This document shows, one piece after another, positions 1 through 10,100 of a stretch of DNA of 34,564 nucleotides. The DNA lies in NCBI GenBank assembly GCA_964459315.1, contig CAYWMH010000002.1, positions 1 through 34,564 of the forward strand. Direction: 5' to 3'. Numbering within the stretch: position 1 is the stretch's first letter; each line of letters starts with the position of its first letter. The translations under genes and the position numbers were made by a program. The notes under the pieces were generated by a model, which did no database searches, had not been told where the DNA came from, and saw nothing but the letters and a program-made list of their open reading frames with translations. Source of the stretch: an uncultured Verrucomicrobiota bacterium. Lineage in GTDB: Bacteria > Verrucomicrobiota > Verrucomicrobiia > Limisphaerales > UBA1096.

Positions 1-205
<205 letters not shown>

Positions 206-265
206 CGGAACAGGGCACACAGTCTGAAAACGGGAACAGTTTATGGCAAGCCATCAATCGGGCTG

Positions 266-279
266 CGCTTGGCCAAGCG
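266..279. repeat. iterated palindrome CGCTTGGCCAAGCG (14/14), intergenic
   Basis: Exact self-complementary 14-mer read directly from the sequence. Confidence 0.95.
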
Positions 280-317
280 ACAAATTGATTTGGAGAATCC
301 ATCGGATGGAACGATAC

Positions 318-340
318 CCTCTCCCCCGTGGGGGGAGAGG
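318..340. repeat. GC-rich hairpin (REP-like element) CCTCTCCCCC-gtg-GGGGGAGAGG
   Basis: 10-bp perfect stem with a 3-nt loop, in the spacer between two minus-strand genes. A similar hairpin lies at 423-443. Confidence 0.6.
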
Positions 341-422
341 ACAAAGGTGAGGGGAAATTGTTTTGCTTGTACAACCGTTAACGCAAAACGTTAACCTTTC
401 ACCCTCATCCGGCCTGCAGCCA

Positions 423-443
423 CCTTCTCCCTGAGGGAGAAGG
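423..443. repeat. GC-rich hairpin (REP-like element) CCTTCTCCC-tga-GGGAGAAGG
   Basis: 9-bp perfect stem with a 3-nt loop, about 50 nt downstream of the cytochrome stop on the minus strand. No U-tract follows, so it is not a classical terminator. Confidence 0.55.
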
Positions 444-494
444 GATGCTCCGCAACGTTTGAGACGACGGGTGGAACTCGTCCCTCCCACGCAT

Positions 495-2402
495 TCACTC
501 CCGCAGGCGCATGGGGCGGTTGTTGCGGGTGCGGATGAGGCGCTGCACCCGGTCGACATCGCGGACACCCTCGGCGTTAAGCAACACCGGGCCGGCCGGC
601 TGGGGGAGGTCGATTCGCTGCTCTCGCAGCCAGATCTCGATCGCCTCCTTCTGATTGGCCAAGCGCTTGGCCTCGGCGGCGACGAAGTCGTACTCAAAAG
701 ACCCAAAACCGGGCTGCTTCACCAGGGCTTTGTGCGCCATGTAGCGGACGGCGGAGTAAGGGTCGTTCAAGCTATCGGCCAGCAGGGGCGACTGCCAGCC
801 ACTACCGCTGGCCTCGAGCGCCGGCTGCCAGCCCATGTGCCACGCAGCGAGCGAGCGCTGGCCGGCGTCGCCGTTGAGCAGCCACAGCACCGAGGCGGCG
901 GTTGTGCGGTGTTCGGCGGGCACGGCCGGCTTGGCCCGGCCGTTGCGCTTGGCCAACTGCTCGGCCGTCCAGTCGAGCGTCTTGTCGAGGTGGCACAGGT
1001 TGCAGGCGTTGGGCCGGCCGGTCTTGAGTGTGGTCGCCACGTCGGGTGTCTCGATTGTGTGGCCGCGGATCGCCTTGAGTAACCCGTATGCGGTGTGCGG
1101 CATATGGCAGTTGTAACAGTTGCTGCCGGCTGAGTCGGCGGCGTGGCGCGTATGCCTGGTGAGGTCGGCGGCCATGTCGGAGTGGCATTGGAGGCACGCC
1201 CGGTTGCCGCGCATGCCGCGGGCGAGCTGGTCGTTGGGATCGCTGTCGTGCATCGAGTGGCAACTGACGCACGACATTTCGCCGCGCTGGTGGCAGGGCG
1301 ACTCGAGCAAGCCGTTGTACTCGCGGCCGGTCACGCGGATGTGGCCGTCCGGCCAGAAAAAGTCGCCGAGGATGTCCGGGTTTTTCTCAAGCACCGGTTT
1401 CAGCCACGGTTGCTCGTCCAACTTGGATGGTTGGATGATGGGGGTGGTTGCCGCGAGGTCGTCGCCGGGCCGGTATCGGAAGCCGTGCGCGGTCCATTCC
1501 TCGCTTTTGTCGAACCACTTCATCCCGTGGCAGGAGCCGCAAACCTGCGAGCTGCGGACCGGGTCGAGATCGGCCGGCTGTATGATGGCCAACGGCTCGA
1601 CATCGAGCGCCGCTTGGCGTTCGGTCTCGGGCAGCTTGGCCAGGCGTTGCTGCCGATCGACGTGTCGTGCGCCCGGGCCGTGACACGCTTCGCACGAGAT
1701 GCCGAGGTCGGCCACGCGCGACGCAAAGCGTCGCTCCGCCCGGTTGGGCCTTGGTTGCGGGCCGGTGGTGTGGCAGCGGATGCAGGTCATGTTCCAGTTC
1801 TCCTTGCTGAGAACCGTGTGCGGGTCTCGGATGAACAGGCTGTTGCGCGGCGCCCAGCGTTGGTCGTCGATGAGCCACCCGAACGGGAAGCCAATCTGCA
1901 GATTGCCCATCATGCCGGGCAGCCAAAAGACCTGCATGTGGTGCGAACCGGTGACCATGCCGAGCCGCAGGTGCAACGCCTCGGGATCGTGGCCGTCGGG
2001 AGCGGCTTTGGCCGCGTCAACGCTCTCGATGGTCGCCCAATATTCATCGCCGCGCCGGTGCATCGTGAAGCGCTCGCCCTGGAACTCGTACGCTTGGCCG
2101 TCGAACGCCGCCCGGACCGTGTCGGGCGACATGAGCTGGGTCATGCTCCGGTGATACGAGGCGTGCCAACTTCGGTGTTCACCAGCATGGCAGGCCGGGC
2201 AGGCGCCGGCGCCGGAGTACTGGTTGTCTTCACGGCTTAAGGGCTGGGGGGCGGCGGGGCGGGGCGGCGCTTGGCCAAGCGCTTGGCCGGTCTGCTCGGG
2301 CGGTCCGGTGAGGTTAATGGCCAGCAGGACAACGACGACGATCGACAGGGCAAGCAACCATCGGAGGGTGGATGGGTGACATTTTGGATCGTCGCCGTGC
2401 AT
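495..2402 (-). CDS. membrane-anchored multiheme (octaheme) c-type cytochrome with HEAT-like C-terminal region
   Basis: 635-aa ORF with eight CxxCH motifs (CPACH, CIRCH, CEACH, CGSCH, CVSCH, CLQCH, CYNCH, CNLCH). N-terminal hydrophobic anchor WLLALSIVVVVLLAI. C-terminal DPYSAVRYMAHKAL is HEAT-like. Confidence 0.85.
   Translation of the reverse strand: MHGDDPKCHPSTLRWLLALSIVVVVLLAINLTGPPEQTGQALGQAPPRPAAPQPLSREDNQYSGAGACPACHAGEHRSWHASYHRSMTQLMSPDTVRAAFDGQAYEFQGERFTMHRRGDEYWATIESVDAAKAAPDGHDPEALHLRLGMVTGSHHMQVFWLPGMMGNLQIGFPFGWLIDDQRWAPRNSLFIRDPHTVLSKENWNMTCIRCHTTGPQPRPNRAERRFASRVADLGISCEACHGPGARHVDRQQRLAKLPETERQAALDVEPLAIIQPADLDPVRSSQVCGSCHGMKWFDKSEEWTAHGFRYRPGDDLAATTPIIQPSKLDEQPWLKPVLEKNPDILGDFFWPDGHIRVTGREYNGLLESPCHQRGEMSCVSCHSMHDSDPNDQLARGMRGNRACLQCHSDMAADLTRHTRHAADSAGSNCYNCHMPHTAYGLLKAIRGHTIETPDVATTLKTGRPNACNLCHLDKTLDWTAEQLAKRNGRAKPAVPAEHRTTAASVLWLLNGDAGQRSLAAWHMGWQPALEASGSGWQSPLLADSLNDPYSAVRYMAHKALVKQPGFGSFEYDFVAAEAKRLANQKEAIEIWLREQRIDLPQPAGPVLLNAEGVRDVDRVQRLIRTRNNRPMRLRE
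2268..2281. repeat. iterated palindrome CGCTTGGCCAAGCG (14/14) followed by an overlapping extra half copy (to 2288)
   Basis: Exact 14-mer inside the cytochrome CDS. With the extra CTTGGCC it encodes GQALGQA. Confidence 0.95.
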
Positions 2403-2440
2403 ATAGCCCGTCCGAGGTAAAGCGCTGCGAGTTGACAGGG

Positions 2441-2474
2441 AAAGAAAAAAGACGGCCTGTAATTAGAGGCCGTC
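2441..2474 (-). terminator. rho-independent terminator after the 307-aa pilin-like gene
   Basis: On the minus strand: GACGGCCT-ctaattac-AGGCCGTC followed by TTTTTTCTTT, about 25 nt after the stop at 2498. Confidence 0.75.
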
Positions 2475-2497
2475 CTTTGCAAAATGGGTTTCTGGCC

Positions 2498-3421
2498 TCA
2501 ACGGCTGGAGCTGCCCCACCAGATGTCGTTCTTGACGGTTGGGCGACCACTTGTTTGGGCCATCGCATAAAACTTCTTGTAGGTCAGGTTGACGGAGGCT
2601 CCGGAGACAATCCCCACCGTGGATGCTCCACCGACATCTTGGTGGCCTTGCCTGTTGGTGCCAGCGGTGACATGGCGCTGAGAAATGCCCTCGTGGGGCT
2701 GGTTGCCGGCATCATTGAACCAGAACGGATTGGTGTCATCCGTCTCCCACTGCACGATGTCGCCAGGATCGGTGGCCGAAATTTTGCGAACTTTGCCTGA
2801 ATCGTAATTGCCTCTTGACGGATTCCCATTGTGAAAAAAGATGATGTTGCCGTTCCAGGTGTAGCTGGTCAGCGTGATCGGGCGCTGGAGAAACAGCCTT
2901 TTGTTGGTGCCGGTCGATGGGGCCTTGTCCTTGGGGCACATCAACACTTGGGGAGTTTGCAGATAGTTCCCCAGTTGGCCATGCTTGAACGATTCGTACT
3001 GGCCGGCCAGTTGCTTTTCCAAGCCACTTACGGTGGTAGGGCTGGCATAGGACGGCATGCCGGTTGTGCCTTTCCAGTTGTGGGACGCGATATCGCACCG
3101 CCCGCCCGCCTTGAATCCTGTGTTTTTTTGCGGCTGATTGCCGGCATAGGCCCAGCCAGTGGGGCCGCTCCCGTTACCGCCCCATGTGGGGTGGGGCATG
3201 TACTCTTCATGGTCGCCGGTGAACATGTTCAAGGCCAGCATGATCTGCTTGTTGTTGTTCCAGTCGATGGTGTTGTGGGCCTTGTCCTTGGCCCGTGCCA
3301 GGGCCGGCAACAATAGCGCCGCCAGGATGGCAATAATGGCGATCACCACCAGCAACTCGATGAGCGTGAAGCCAAGTAGAACCTTGGTGCCTAGTGTCTT
3401 GCGAACGGTTGTCTTTTTCAT
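2498..3421 (-). CDS. prepilin-type N-terminal cleavage/methylation domain protein (pseudopilin-like, PVC-expanded family)
   Basis: 307-aa ORF. N-terminus [50 protein letters not shown]. Coding-like composition throughout. Confidence 0.85.
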   Translation of the reverse strand: MKKTTVRKTLGTKVLLGFTLIELLVVIAIIAILAALLLPALARAKDKAHNTIDWNNNKQIMLALNMFTGDHEEYMPHPTWGGNGSGPTGWAYAGNQPQKNTGFKAGGRCDIASHNWKGTTGMPSYASPTTVSGLEKQLAGQYESFKHGQLGNYLQTPQVLMCPKDKAPSTGTNKRLFLQRPITLTSYTWNGNIIFFHNGNPSRGNYDSGKVRKISATDPGDIVQWETDDTNPFWFNDAGNQPHEGISQRHVTAGTNRQGHQDVGGASTVGIVSGASVNLTYKKFYAMAQTSGRPTVKNDIWWGSSSR

Positions 3422-3676
3422 GATTTTGAAAGTTCAAATTAAGCCGGTCAGCCGCGTGTCGCGCTGAAAGACTGGTTGCGCACGGAAACTAGCCCTCTCC
3501 AGCTCGGGAGTCAAACGCAAATTGGGCGAGATTCGAGTGGGCTTTGCGCCTGGCCAAGCAACTCGGCGGGACACGGGGGGTACGTCTCGGAGTAGGGACA
3601 GTCCCTCCCGCTATGTTGGATGCGCCAAACTGATGCGAATTGTGTGAGTCGGTTAATGTCGATTTGGCGTTAGCCG

Positions 3677-3708
3677 AAAAAAAAGACCCTCCCTTTTCGG
3701 GAGGGTCT
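3677..3708 (-). terminator. rho-independent terminator after the 258-aa pilin-like gene
   Basis: On the minus strand: AGACCCTCCC-gaaaa-GGGAGGGTCT followed by T8, about 20 nt after the stop at 3730. Confidence 0.85.
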
Positions 3709-3729
3709 CTGAAAAATGGTTCGATCGGA

Positions 3730-4506
3730 TTATTTCCCGTCTGGGAAAATCAAAGTAGTTTTTGGAGAGGATGTAGCCCCTGTTTCGCTTATGTATTGGT
3801 TAAGCTTCTGGCTGGTGGCCTGCTGAACCGATGAGTCAGACAAAAGAATATCACCCTGTTCCTCGTGGAGGGACTCGGTCCATAATGCTTTCTTTTTAAC
3901 ATTATTGCCCGTTAAATCCCTCTTCGTGAAAACAACGTATTCGGCTTTCTTTTCGTCGTTGTTGTATTTGCCGTAGCTAACGTTACGGTCACCGGCGAGA
4001 ATGTATTGCGGCTTTGCTTCGTCCGCTTCCTCGCCGAGGAAGTAGCTCATGCTCTTGTTTCCGTTTTTGTGCTTCTTTTCAGTCCCATCGCAGAACGGAA
4101 CAATGCTCTTGTTTCGGCGATCCACATCTGCCTTATTGTCAAAGGTGGTTGATTCCGTGCGGGTGTCTCGCGGGCATCGAACCACTTTCGGGTTGCTCAG
4201 CTCGTTCCCAAGCGCCTGCCAATGCCGGCAAGTTTCCGTTTTGAATTTCTTGCCAAGAAACTCAGATGAACCACCCTCCAGCGCCCTCACCTGCCACGGG
4301 AACCGATCCTGGTTATCCGTCGCGTAGATGCGGGTGGCGATGCCAATCTGCTTGAGGTTGTTCACGCAGGAGATGCGCTGTGCCTTTGCCTTGGCCTTTG
4401 CCAATGCGGGCAGGAGCATACCGGCCAGAATGGCAATGATTGCGATAACGACCAGCAGCTCGATGAGCGTGAAGGCCCCGACTTTGTTTTTATGAAAACG
4501 CTTCAT
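3730..4506 (-). CDS. prepilin-type N-terminal cleavage/methylation domain protein with an H-X9-D(S/G)-like C-terminal motif; low-G+C paralog
   Basis: 258-aa ORF. N-terminus [54 protein letters not shown]-terminal [14 protein letters not shown] resembles the pilin-processing-associated H-X9-DG motif. Visibly lower G+C than its neighbours. Confidence 0.85.
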   Translation of the reverse strand: MKRFHKNKVGAFTLIELLVVIAIIAILAGMLLPALAKAKAKAQRISCVNNLKQIGIATRIYATDNQDRFPWQVRALEGGSSEFLGKKFKTETCRHWQALGNELSNPKVVRCPRDTRTESTTFDNKADVDRRNKSIVPFCDGTEKKHKNGNKSMSYFLGEEADEAKPQYILAGDRNVSYGKYNNDEKKAEYVVFTKRDLTGNNVKKKALWTESLHEEQGDILLSDSSVQQATSQKLNQYISETGATSSPKTTLIFPDGK

Positions 4507-4889
4507 GATGCAATTCTCGTTTTTTAGTTAACAGTTAACAAACACTTCACCGTACGGGTAAAAGGAAACCCGAGCTTGGTGTCCGATTGAACCTTTGTCA
4601 ACGCCAAACTTAAAAAAAAATAGCACACAAAATGCCATCTTTTCCGGGGTGAAATTGGAATCAATTCGGAGTGCTAAACAGAAGCGTGGCGAGTGAAACT
4701 CACTCGTTTTGCGTGAATTTCACACAGATGAAGGTTTTTCGGCTTGAGCTGTTTCAAGTGGTTTGTCCCCGGATTATGGAATGTTTACGTTGTGGGCGCT
4801 ACCGCCCCGCGATACAAGCGTGCCGGTGGCAACGATATTGCTGGAGGCACGCCGGAGGTTGGGCGGCCCGAGAGCCGTGGCACCACTTG

Positions 4890-7115
4890 ATGAATCTTGA
4901 GAATCGACTGCTGCGCCTGCTGGCGCGCAAACAGTACGTCCCGGCCGGGGCGGACGACATCACCAAAAAACTGGGGCTTGGCCAAGCGCAGGCCGGGGAG
5001 GTGCGGCGGGAATTGCGCGGCCTCGTGCGGTCGGGCCGCGTGGTGCGCCTGCCGGATAAGCGGTTCGCGTTGCCGGCCGACGAGGACCTGGTCGCCGGGC
5101 GCATCCTCATGAACCGCCGTGGCGGCGGCCGGGTCGTGACGACCGATGCGTCGCAGCCGGCCATCGACATTTCCCCCAACGCAGCCGGCACGGCGATGCA
5201 CAACGACCGCGTGCTGGTACTGGTGGAGTCATCCCCACCACCCGCCCGCCGCCGGGCCCAGCGTCCGGCGTCGGGGCCAAGCGGCAAGGTGGTCGAGGTG
5301 CTTGAGCGCGCCCGGACGCAGGTGGTCGGCACGCTGGAGAAGTCGCGGCAGCTTTGGTACGTCGTGCCGGCCGACCCGAGGATTTCGCACGACATTTACC
5401 TGCCCAAGCTTGGCCAAGCGGGCAAGCCGAAGGCCAAGCGCGGTGACAGTGTGGTGGTTGAGATTACCGAGTGGCCGTCGCGGCACAACGCGCCGGAGGG
5501 GCGGTTGCTTGAGGTGATCGGCAGCCCAAGCGCGGCGGGTGTTGATGTCGAGTCGGTCATCCGCCAGTACGAACTACCGACGCGTTTCCCCGGCAAGGTG
5601 CAGGCCGAGGCCAGGCGGTTTGGCGCGAAGGTGACATCGGCCGATCGCAAGGGCCGCCGGGATTGCCGCAAGCATTGCGTGGTGACGATCGACCCGGTCG
5701 ATGCGCGGGACTTCGATGACGCCATCTCGCTGGAGCGGCTCGAGGGACGGCGGTGGCGGTTGTGGGTGCATATCGCCGATGTGTCGCATTACGTTAAGCC
5801 GGGGAGCGCGCTGGACAAGGAGGCGCGGCGGCGCGGCAACTCGACCTATCTCATCGACCGCGTCATCCCGATGCTGCCGGAGGCGTTGAGCAACGAGCTG
5901 TGCTCGCTCAAGCCGGGAGTCGACCGGCTGGCGCGCAGCGTGGAGTTTGTGCTGAACGATCGTGGACGGGTCGAGCAGGCGAAGTTTCACTCGACGGTCA
6001 TCTGCTCGAAACGCCGTTTTTCATATGAGGAGGCCATGGCGATCCTCAGTCGCGAACCGACCGGTGGCATTGAGCGGATGCTGCACGACGCCCATCGGCT
6101 CGCTCAAAAGCTGAGGCAGGCGCGCTTCCGGGCAGGCGCGCTCAATCTTGACATGCCGGAGCACAAGGTGCTGCTCGATGCCAAGGGCCGCGTGAGCGGA
6201 GTGCGCCGGGATGAGAGCGACGAGTCGCACCAGTTGATCGAGGAGTTTATGCTGCTGGCCAACGAGGCGGTCGCGAAGGAGATCAAGCGGCGGCGTGTCA
6301 AGGCGATCCACCGCGTCCACGAGGAGCCGGACACTGAGAAACTGGACAACCTCCGGGCGCAGGCGGGGTTGATGGGTCTGCGCGCCGGCAACCTGTCCGA
6401 CCAGAAACAGGCCGGGAAATTTCTCGCCGGACTCAAGGATCACCCGCTCGCGGATGTTTTCCGCATCGGCTACCTGCGTTGCATGAAACGGGCCTGCTAC
6501 TCAACCGAGCCGATCGGCCACTACGGCTTGGCCAAGGACGACTACGTCCATTTCACCTCGCCGATCCGCCGGTACGCCGACCTGATCGTGCACCGCGTGG
6601 TTTATCAAAGGGTCAAGCTCGACGCCGTGGCGCTGGCCACGGCGGCCGACCATATTTCGCTGACTGAGCGTAACTCCGCCGACGCCGAGTGGGACAGCAA
6701 ACTGATCAAGCTGTTGAGCCATTTGAAGCGGCAGCTCGACCGGAAAAAACCGGAGACTTACACGGCGATGGTCACCGAGGTGCGTAACATCGGCGCGATG
6801 GTCGACATCACCGAGCTGGGGCTGAAGGGCTTGGTCAAGCGCCTCAGCCTGAGCGGCGACCATTACCGGTTCGTGCCGGAGCGCGGCCGATTGGTCGGCC
6901 GGTTACGCGGCAACGAGATCGCGCCGGGCGACCAATTGAAAGTGCAGGTCGAGGATATCGACCTGCACAAGAAACAGGCCGACTTCCGCGTCGTCCCATC
7001 GAAGGTGGCCAAGGGCAAAAAGAAAAGTGCGTCCGCCCGCAAAGCGCGTCCGAAAAAATCTCCCCAGCGCAAAGGCAAACCAAGGCAGCCCAAGACCCGT
7101 CGTAGACGAAAATGA
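4890..7115 (+). CDS. rnr: ribonuclease R (3'-5' exoribonuclease, RNB family)
   Basis: Start chosen at MNLENRLLRLLARKQYV, the typical RNase R winged-helix N-terminus. RNB motifs DDAISLE and HFTSPIRRYADLIVHR are present, as are an S1-like region and a Lys/Arg-rich tail. The ORF-track start at 4671 adds 73 non-homologous residues and was rejected. Confidence 0.9.
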   Translation: MNLENRLLRLLARKQYVPAGADDITKKLGLGQAQAGEVRRELRGLVRSGRVVRLPDKRFALPADEDLVAGRILMNRRGGGRVVTTDASQPAIDISPNAAGTAMHNDRVLVLVESSPPPARRRAQRPASGPSGKVVEVLERARTQVVGTLEKSRQLWYVVPADPRISHDIYLPKLGQAGKPKAKRGDSVVVEITEWPSRHNAPEGRLLEVIGSPSAAGVDVESVIRQYELPTRFPGKVQAEARRFGAKVTSADRKGRRDCRKHCVVTIDPVDARDFDDAISLERLEGRRWRLWVHIADVSHYVKPGSALDKEARRRGNSTYLIDRVIPMLPEALSNELCSLKPGVDRLARSVEFVLNDRGRVEQAKFHSTVICSKRRFSYEEAMAILSREPTGGIERMLHDAHRLAQKLRQARFRAGALNLDMPEHKVLLDAKGRVSGVRRDESDESHQLIEEFMLLANEAVAKEIKRRRVKAIHRVHEEPDTEKLDNLRAQAGLMGLRAGNLSDQKQAGKFLAGLKDHPLADVFRIGYLRCMKRACYSTEPIGHYGLAKDDYVHFTSPIRRYADLIVHRVVYQRVKLDAVALATAADHISLTERNSADAEWDSKLIKLLSHLKRQLDRKKPETYTAMVTEVRNIGAMVDITELGLKGLVKRLSLSGDHYRFVPERGRLVGRLRGNEIAPGDQLKVQVEDIDLHKKQADFRVVPSKVAKGKKKSASARKARPKKSPQRKGKPRQPKTRRRRK
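4976..4987. repeat. iterated palindrome GCTTGGCCAAGC (12/12)
   Basis: Exact 12-mer inside rnr (encodes LGLGQAQ). Confidence 0.95.
5408..5419. repeat. iterated palindrome GCTTGGCCAAGC (12/12)
   Basis: Exact 12-mer inside rnr (encodes KLGQAG). Confidence 0.95.
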
Positions 7116-10100
7116 AACTCAAATCGAAGCAAGGGGTTGCGCTTCTTGCGGTAGCGTTGGCCGGGGTTGCACTTGTGAACCGCGACGAGTGGCAGGCGAC
7201 AGTTGCAGTAACTTCGCCGGTTCAGCCGATTGGCCAACCGGTCGTGGAGTTCGCTAAGCACTTGGCCAAGTCGGGGTCACGCTTGGTGCCGTCGGCTCAG
7301 TCGGTGCCATTGTCTTTGGCTGCGGCGCTCGACCGGGGCCAGCCGCTGCGGCTGGAATTGCCCTGGCGTGAGCCGCTCGATTTTTCGTTCCGCGATTTTC
7401 CGCTGCTCGCCGACGGATACCGCACGACGCTTGGCCAAGCCGGCCGGCTTGACGCCGAGCTGCGGGTTTTCGAGGGCCGCGCCATCGGCGGCGACGGCCA
7501 ACAGCACACCGCGACGCTGACCTTGGCCAACCGTTCCATTGCCGGGGTGGTGCGCCTGGCCAACGGCGGCCAGGTGCAGTTGCGCGGGACCGATGGTGGC
7601 CAATTCAACGCCTTGGCCAACCGGCTCCCGACGCTGACATGCGCTCGCGATCCGCGCACCGGTGCGTACCGGACGATCTCGCTCGACGGTCGCTTGGCTA
7701 AGTCGGACTGGGGCCAGGCCAAGCCGGCCCAACTCGAGCCGTCGCCGGAGTTCCCGATGATGGCCAGTTCGGGACTCGATCCGGTGACCGGCGCGCCGAC
7801 GTTGGTGCTCGGCGGCCCAGCGAACCCGCCGCGATATGAGGCGTCGCTCAAGGTGGCCACAGTGATCGTTGTGCTCGACAAGTCGGCCACCGGCTTGAAC
7901 TCGAAAAACCACCTGATGGAAGTCACCAGCCAATACCTCGCGCTGATGTCCAACGTGGCATCCATCTATGAGAATCAGCTCGGCATCCGGTTGTTGGTGC
8001 AGGAGCTGATCCTCACGCCGGATTCGGACGACTACGACGACATCCCTTTTGACGACAACGGCGGCACATTGGACGATTTTGCTGACTGGACTCAGCGTTG
8101 GCGCCCCGAGTCAACCTACGGGCAAACGGTGGCGATTCGTTTCGGTGACGGGTTGAGCGGTGGAATACTCGGAATTGCCTTCCAGAATGCACTACACACG
8201 CGCAACGGGGTCGGAGTGTTGCGCACCGGCTTCGGCTGGGCATTAACCAGCCATGAGATGGGGCATGTGTTCGGTTCATCCCACTCGCTCGGGGGCATCA
8301 TGAACGGGCAGTATACGACCGAGGAACGGTCGTTTTTCAAGGACATCGAGGGGCAGGAATACACGGCGGCTACCCAGGTTTACAACCGGGCCAGCGGACG
8401 GCTCGGTGGGCCGGCGGCGATGCGCAACCCGGACGAGATGCCGTTCGCCGTGGACGACGTCGCCTGGGCTGCACCGGGCGAGCGTGTCCGCATCGACGTG
8501 TTGGCCAACGACCTTAAAAAGGTTTATCGCGGGCAGGAAAATAGCCTGACACTTGCGGAGGTCGGACGCGTCACGCCGCGCTACGCCGGCTCGGTGGCGG
8601 TTGAGGTGGGTCAGGCGGTGTTCACACCGTCGAGCGGGTTCACTGGCACGGCCTGGTTCAGCTACTCGGTGCGGGGCGATGTCGGGCGTGGGTGGCTGCA
8701 CAAGGGCGACGTGGCTGTGGTGGTCGGCGATCCCGAGGGCAACGCCCACGAGTTGGATCTGGCCGTGGGACAGGCGCGCACCCTCAAGCTGCCCGGCAAC
8801 GGCAGCATCACCCAATTGCGCCCGCCGAAACAGGCGGCGATGCACGAGATGATCAGCGACTCCGCGGTGTACATCGTGCGCGTCAACGCGGATGCCAGCG
8901 GCAGCGAGACCATCCGGTACCGCGCCGGGGGCAAGCGCCAAATCCTTACGCTGAATTACATCAAGGAGCCGCCGATCGCCGAGCCGGATGTGCTGTACCT
9001 CAGTCCTGGCGAGTCGGTCAGTTTCAACCCGCTGGCCAACGACCACGCGGCCGGGCTGCGCGGCGCGTTCAAGACCGAGCCGGTCCTCGCCGTCGGAACC
9101 ACAGGCGAGGGGCGGGACGGGCAGGATTATTTCCCCGGCGGCTTTCGTCTTTACAGCGCACGCTCGAAGGCCAGCAAACTGGGCAGCCTGACCGTGCATC
9201 GCTCGCCGGTGATGCGCGACGGCCGCCGCCGCAACGACCCGAACGGCCTGCTGACGTTCAAGGCCAACAGTTCGGCCAGTGGCACCGGGGTGATCGAGTA
9301 CACAATCGAGGACGCGCTGGGCCAACGGGCCACCGGTACGGTGCAACTCATCGTGGACGGTGCCAGCGACACGCTCCTTGGCGCGAGTGAATACGCGCGC
9401 GGCTGGGTGCCGACCCACGGACGCGACGACAACGCGTGGACTGCGCCTGCGTTCAACGACAAATCCTGGAAGCGAGGCCGTCAGGGAGCCGGCTACGAAC
9501 GCAGCAGCGGCTATCAGTCTCTCATTAGTTCCGCGCTCAACTTTCGCTCGCAAATGTACAACAAGAATGAATCGCTTTACCTGCGGTATGCCTTCGATGT
9601 CGATGACCCGGACGCGGTCGGGCAACTCCGCCTCCGGATGAAATACGACGACGGTTTCGTCGCCCACCTCAACGGCCAACGGGTGGCCTCCGCCAATGCG
9701 CCGACCAACCTGCGGTGGGATTCCGGTGCCACCACCCTGCATGACGACTCGTTGGCGGTGCGGTACGAGTCGTTCGACATCACCGCACACAGGGAACGGT
9801 TGCGCCCCGGTAAAAACATCCTCGCCATTCACGGCCTGAACAGCGGCCTGACCAGTTCCGACATGCTGATCGTCGCCGAGATTGTCTCGACTGACACCGG
9901 CAAGTTGCGCCTGCCAGAGATCGTCTGCGAATCGCCGGCCGAGCGCACGCCGGAGTCGGTCACGCTCGCCGGCCGCCTGGCCGGGGTGGCGGCCAACACG
10001 AAAGCCTTTTTTGTCTGGGGCAATACCGACGGTGGCCCGGATGCCGCCAAGTGGGATCACTCCAGCGAGGCATCGCTGGGAGAGGATGGTCGGCTCCGCC

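Noticed and set aside
4671-4889. ORF-track N-terminal extension of rnr (73 extra residues). Analogous extensions exist for nuoB (11261-11356) and carA (31360-31584).
   Set aside because: The extensions are Cys/Arg/Trp-rich or otherwise non-homologous, lie in AT-rich spacers, and for carA overlap the pgk start and its promoter. Internal Met starts reproduce canonical family N-termini.
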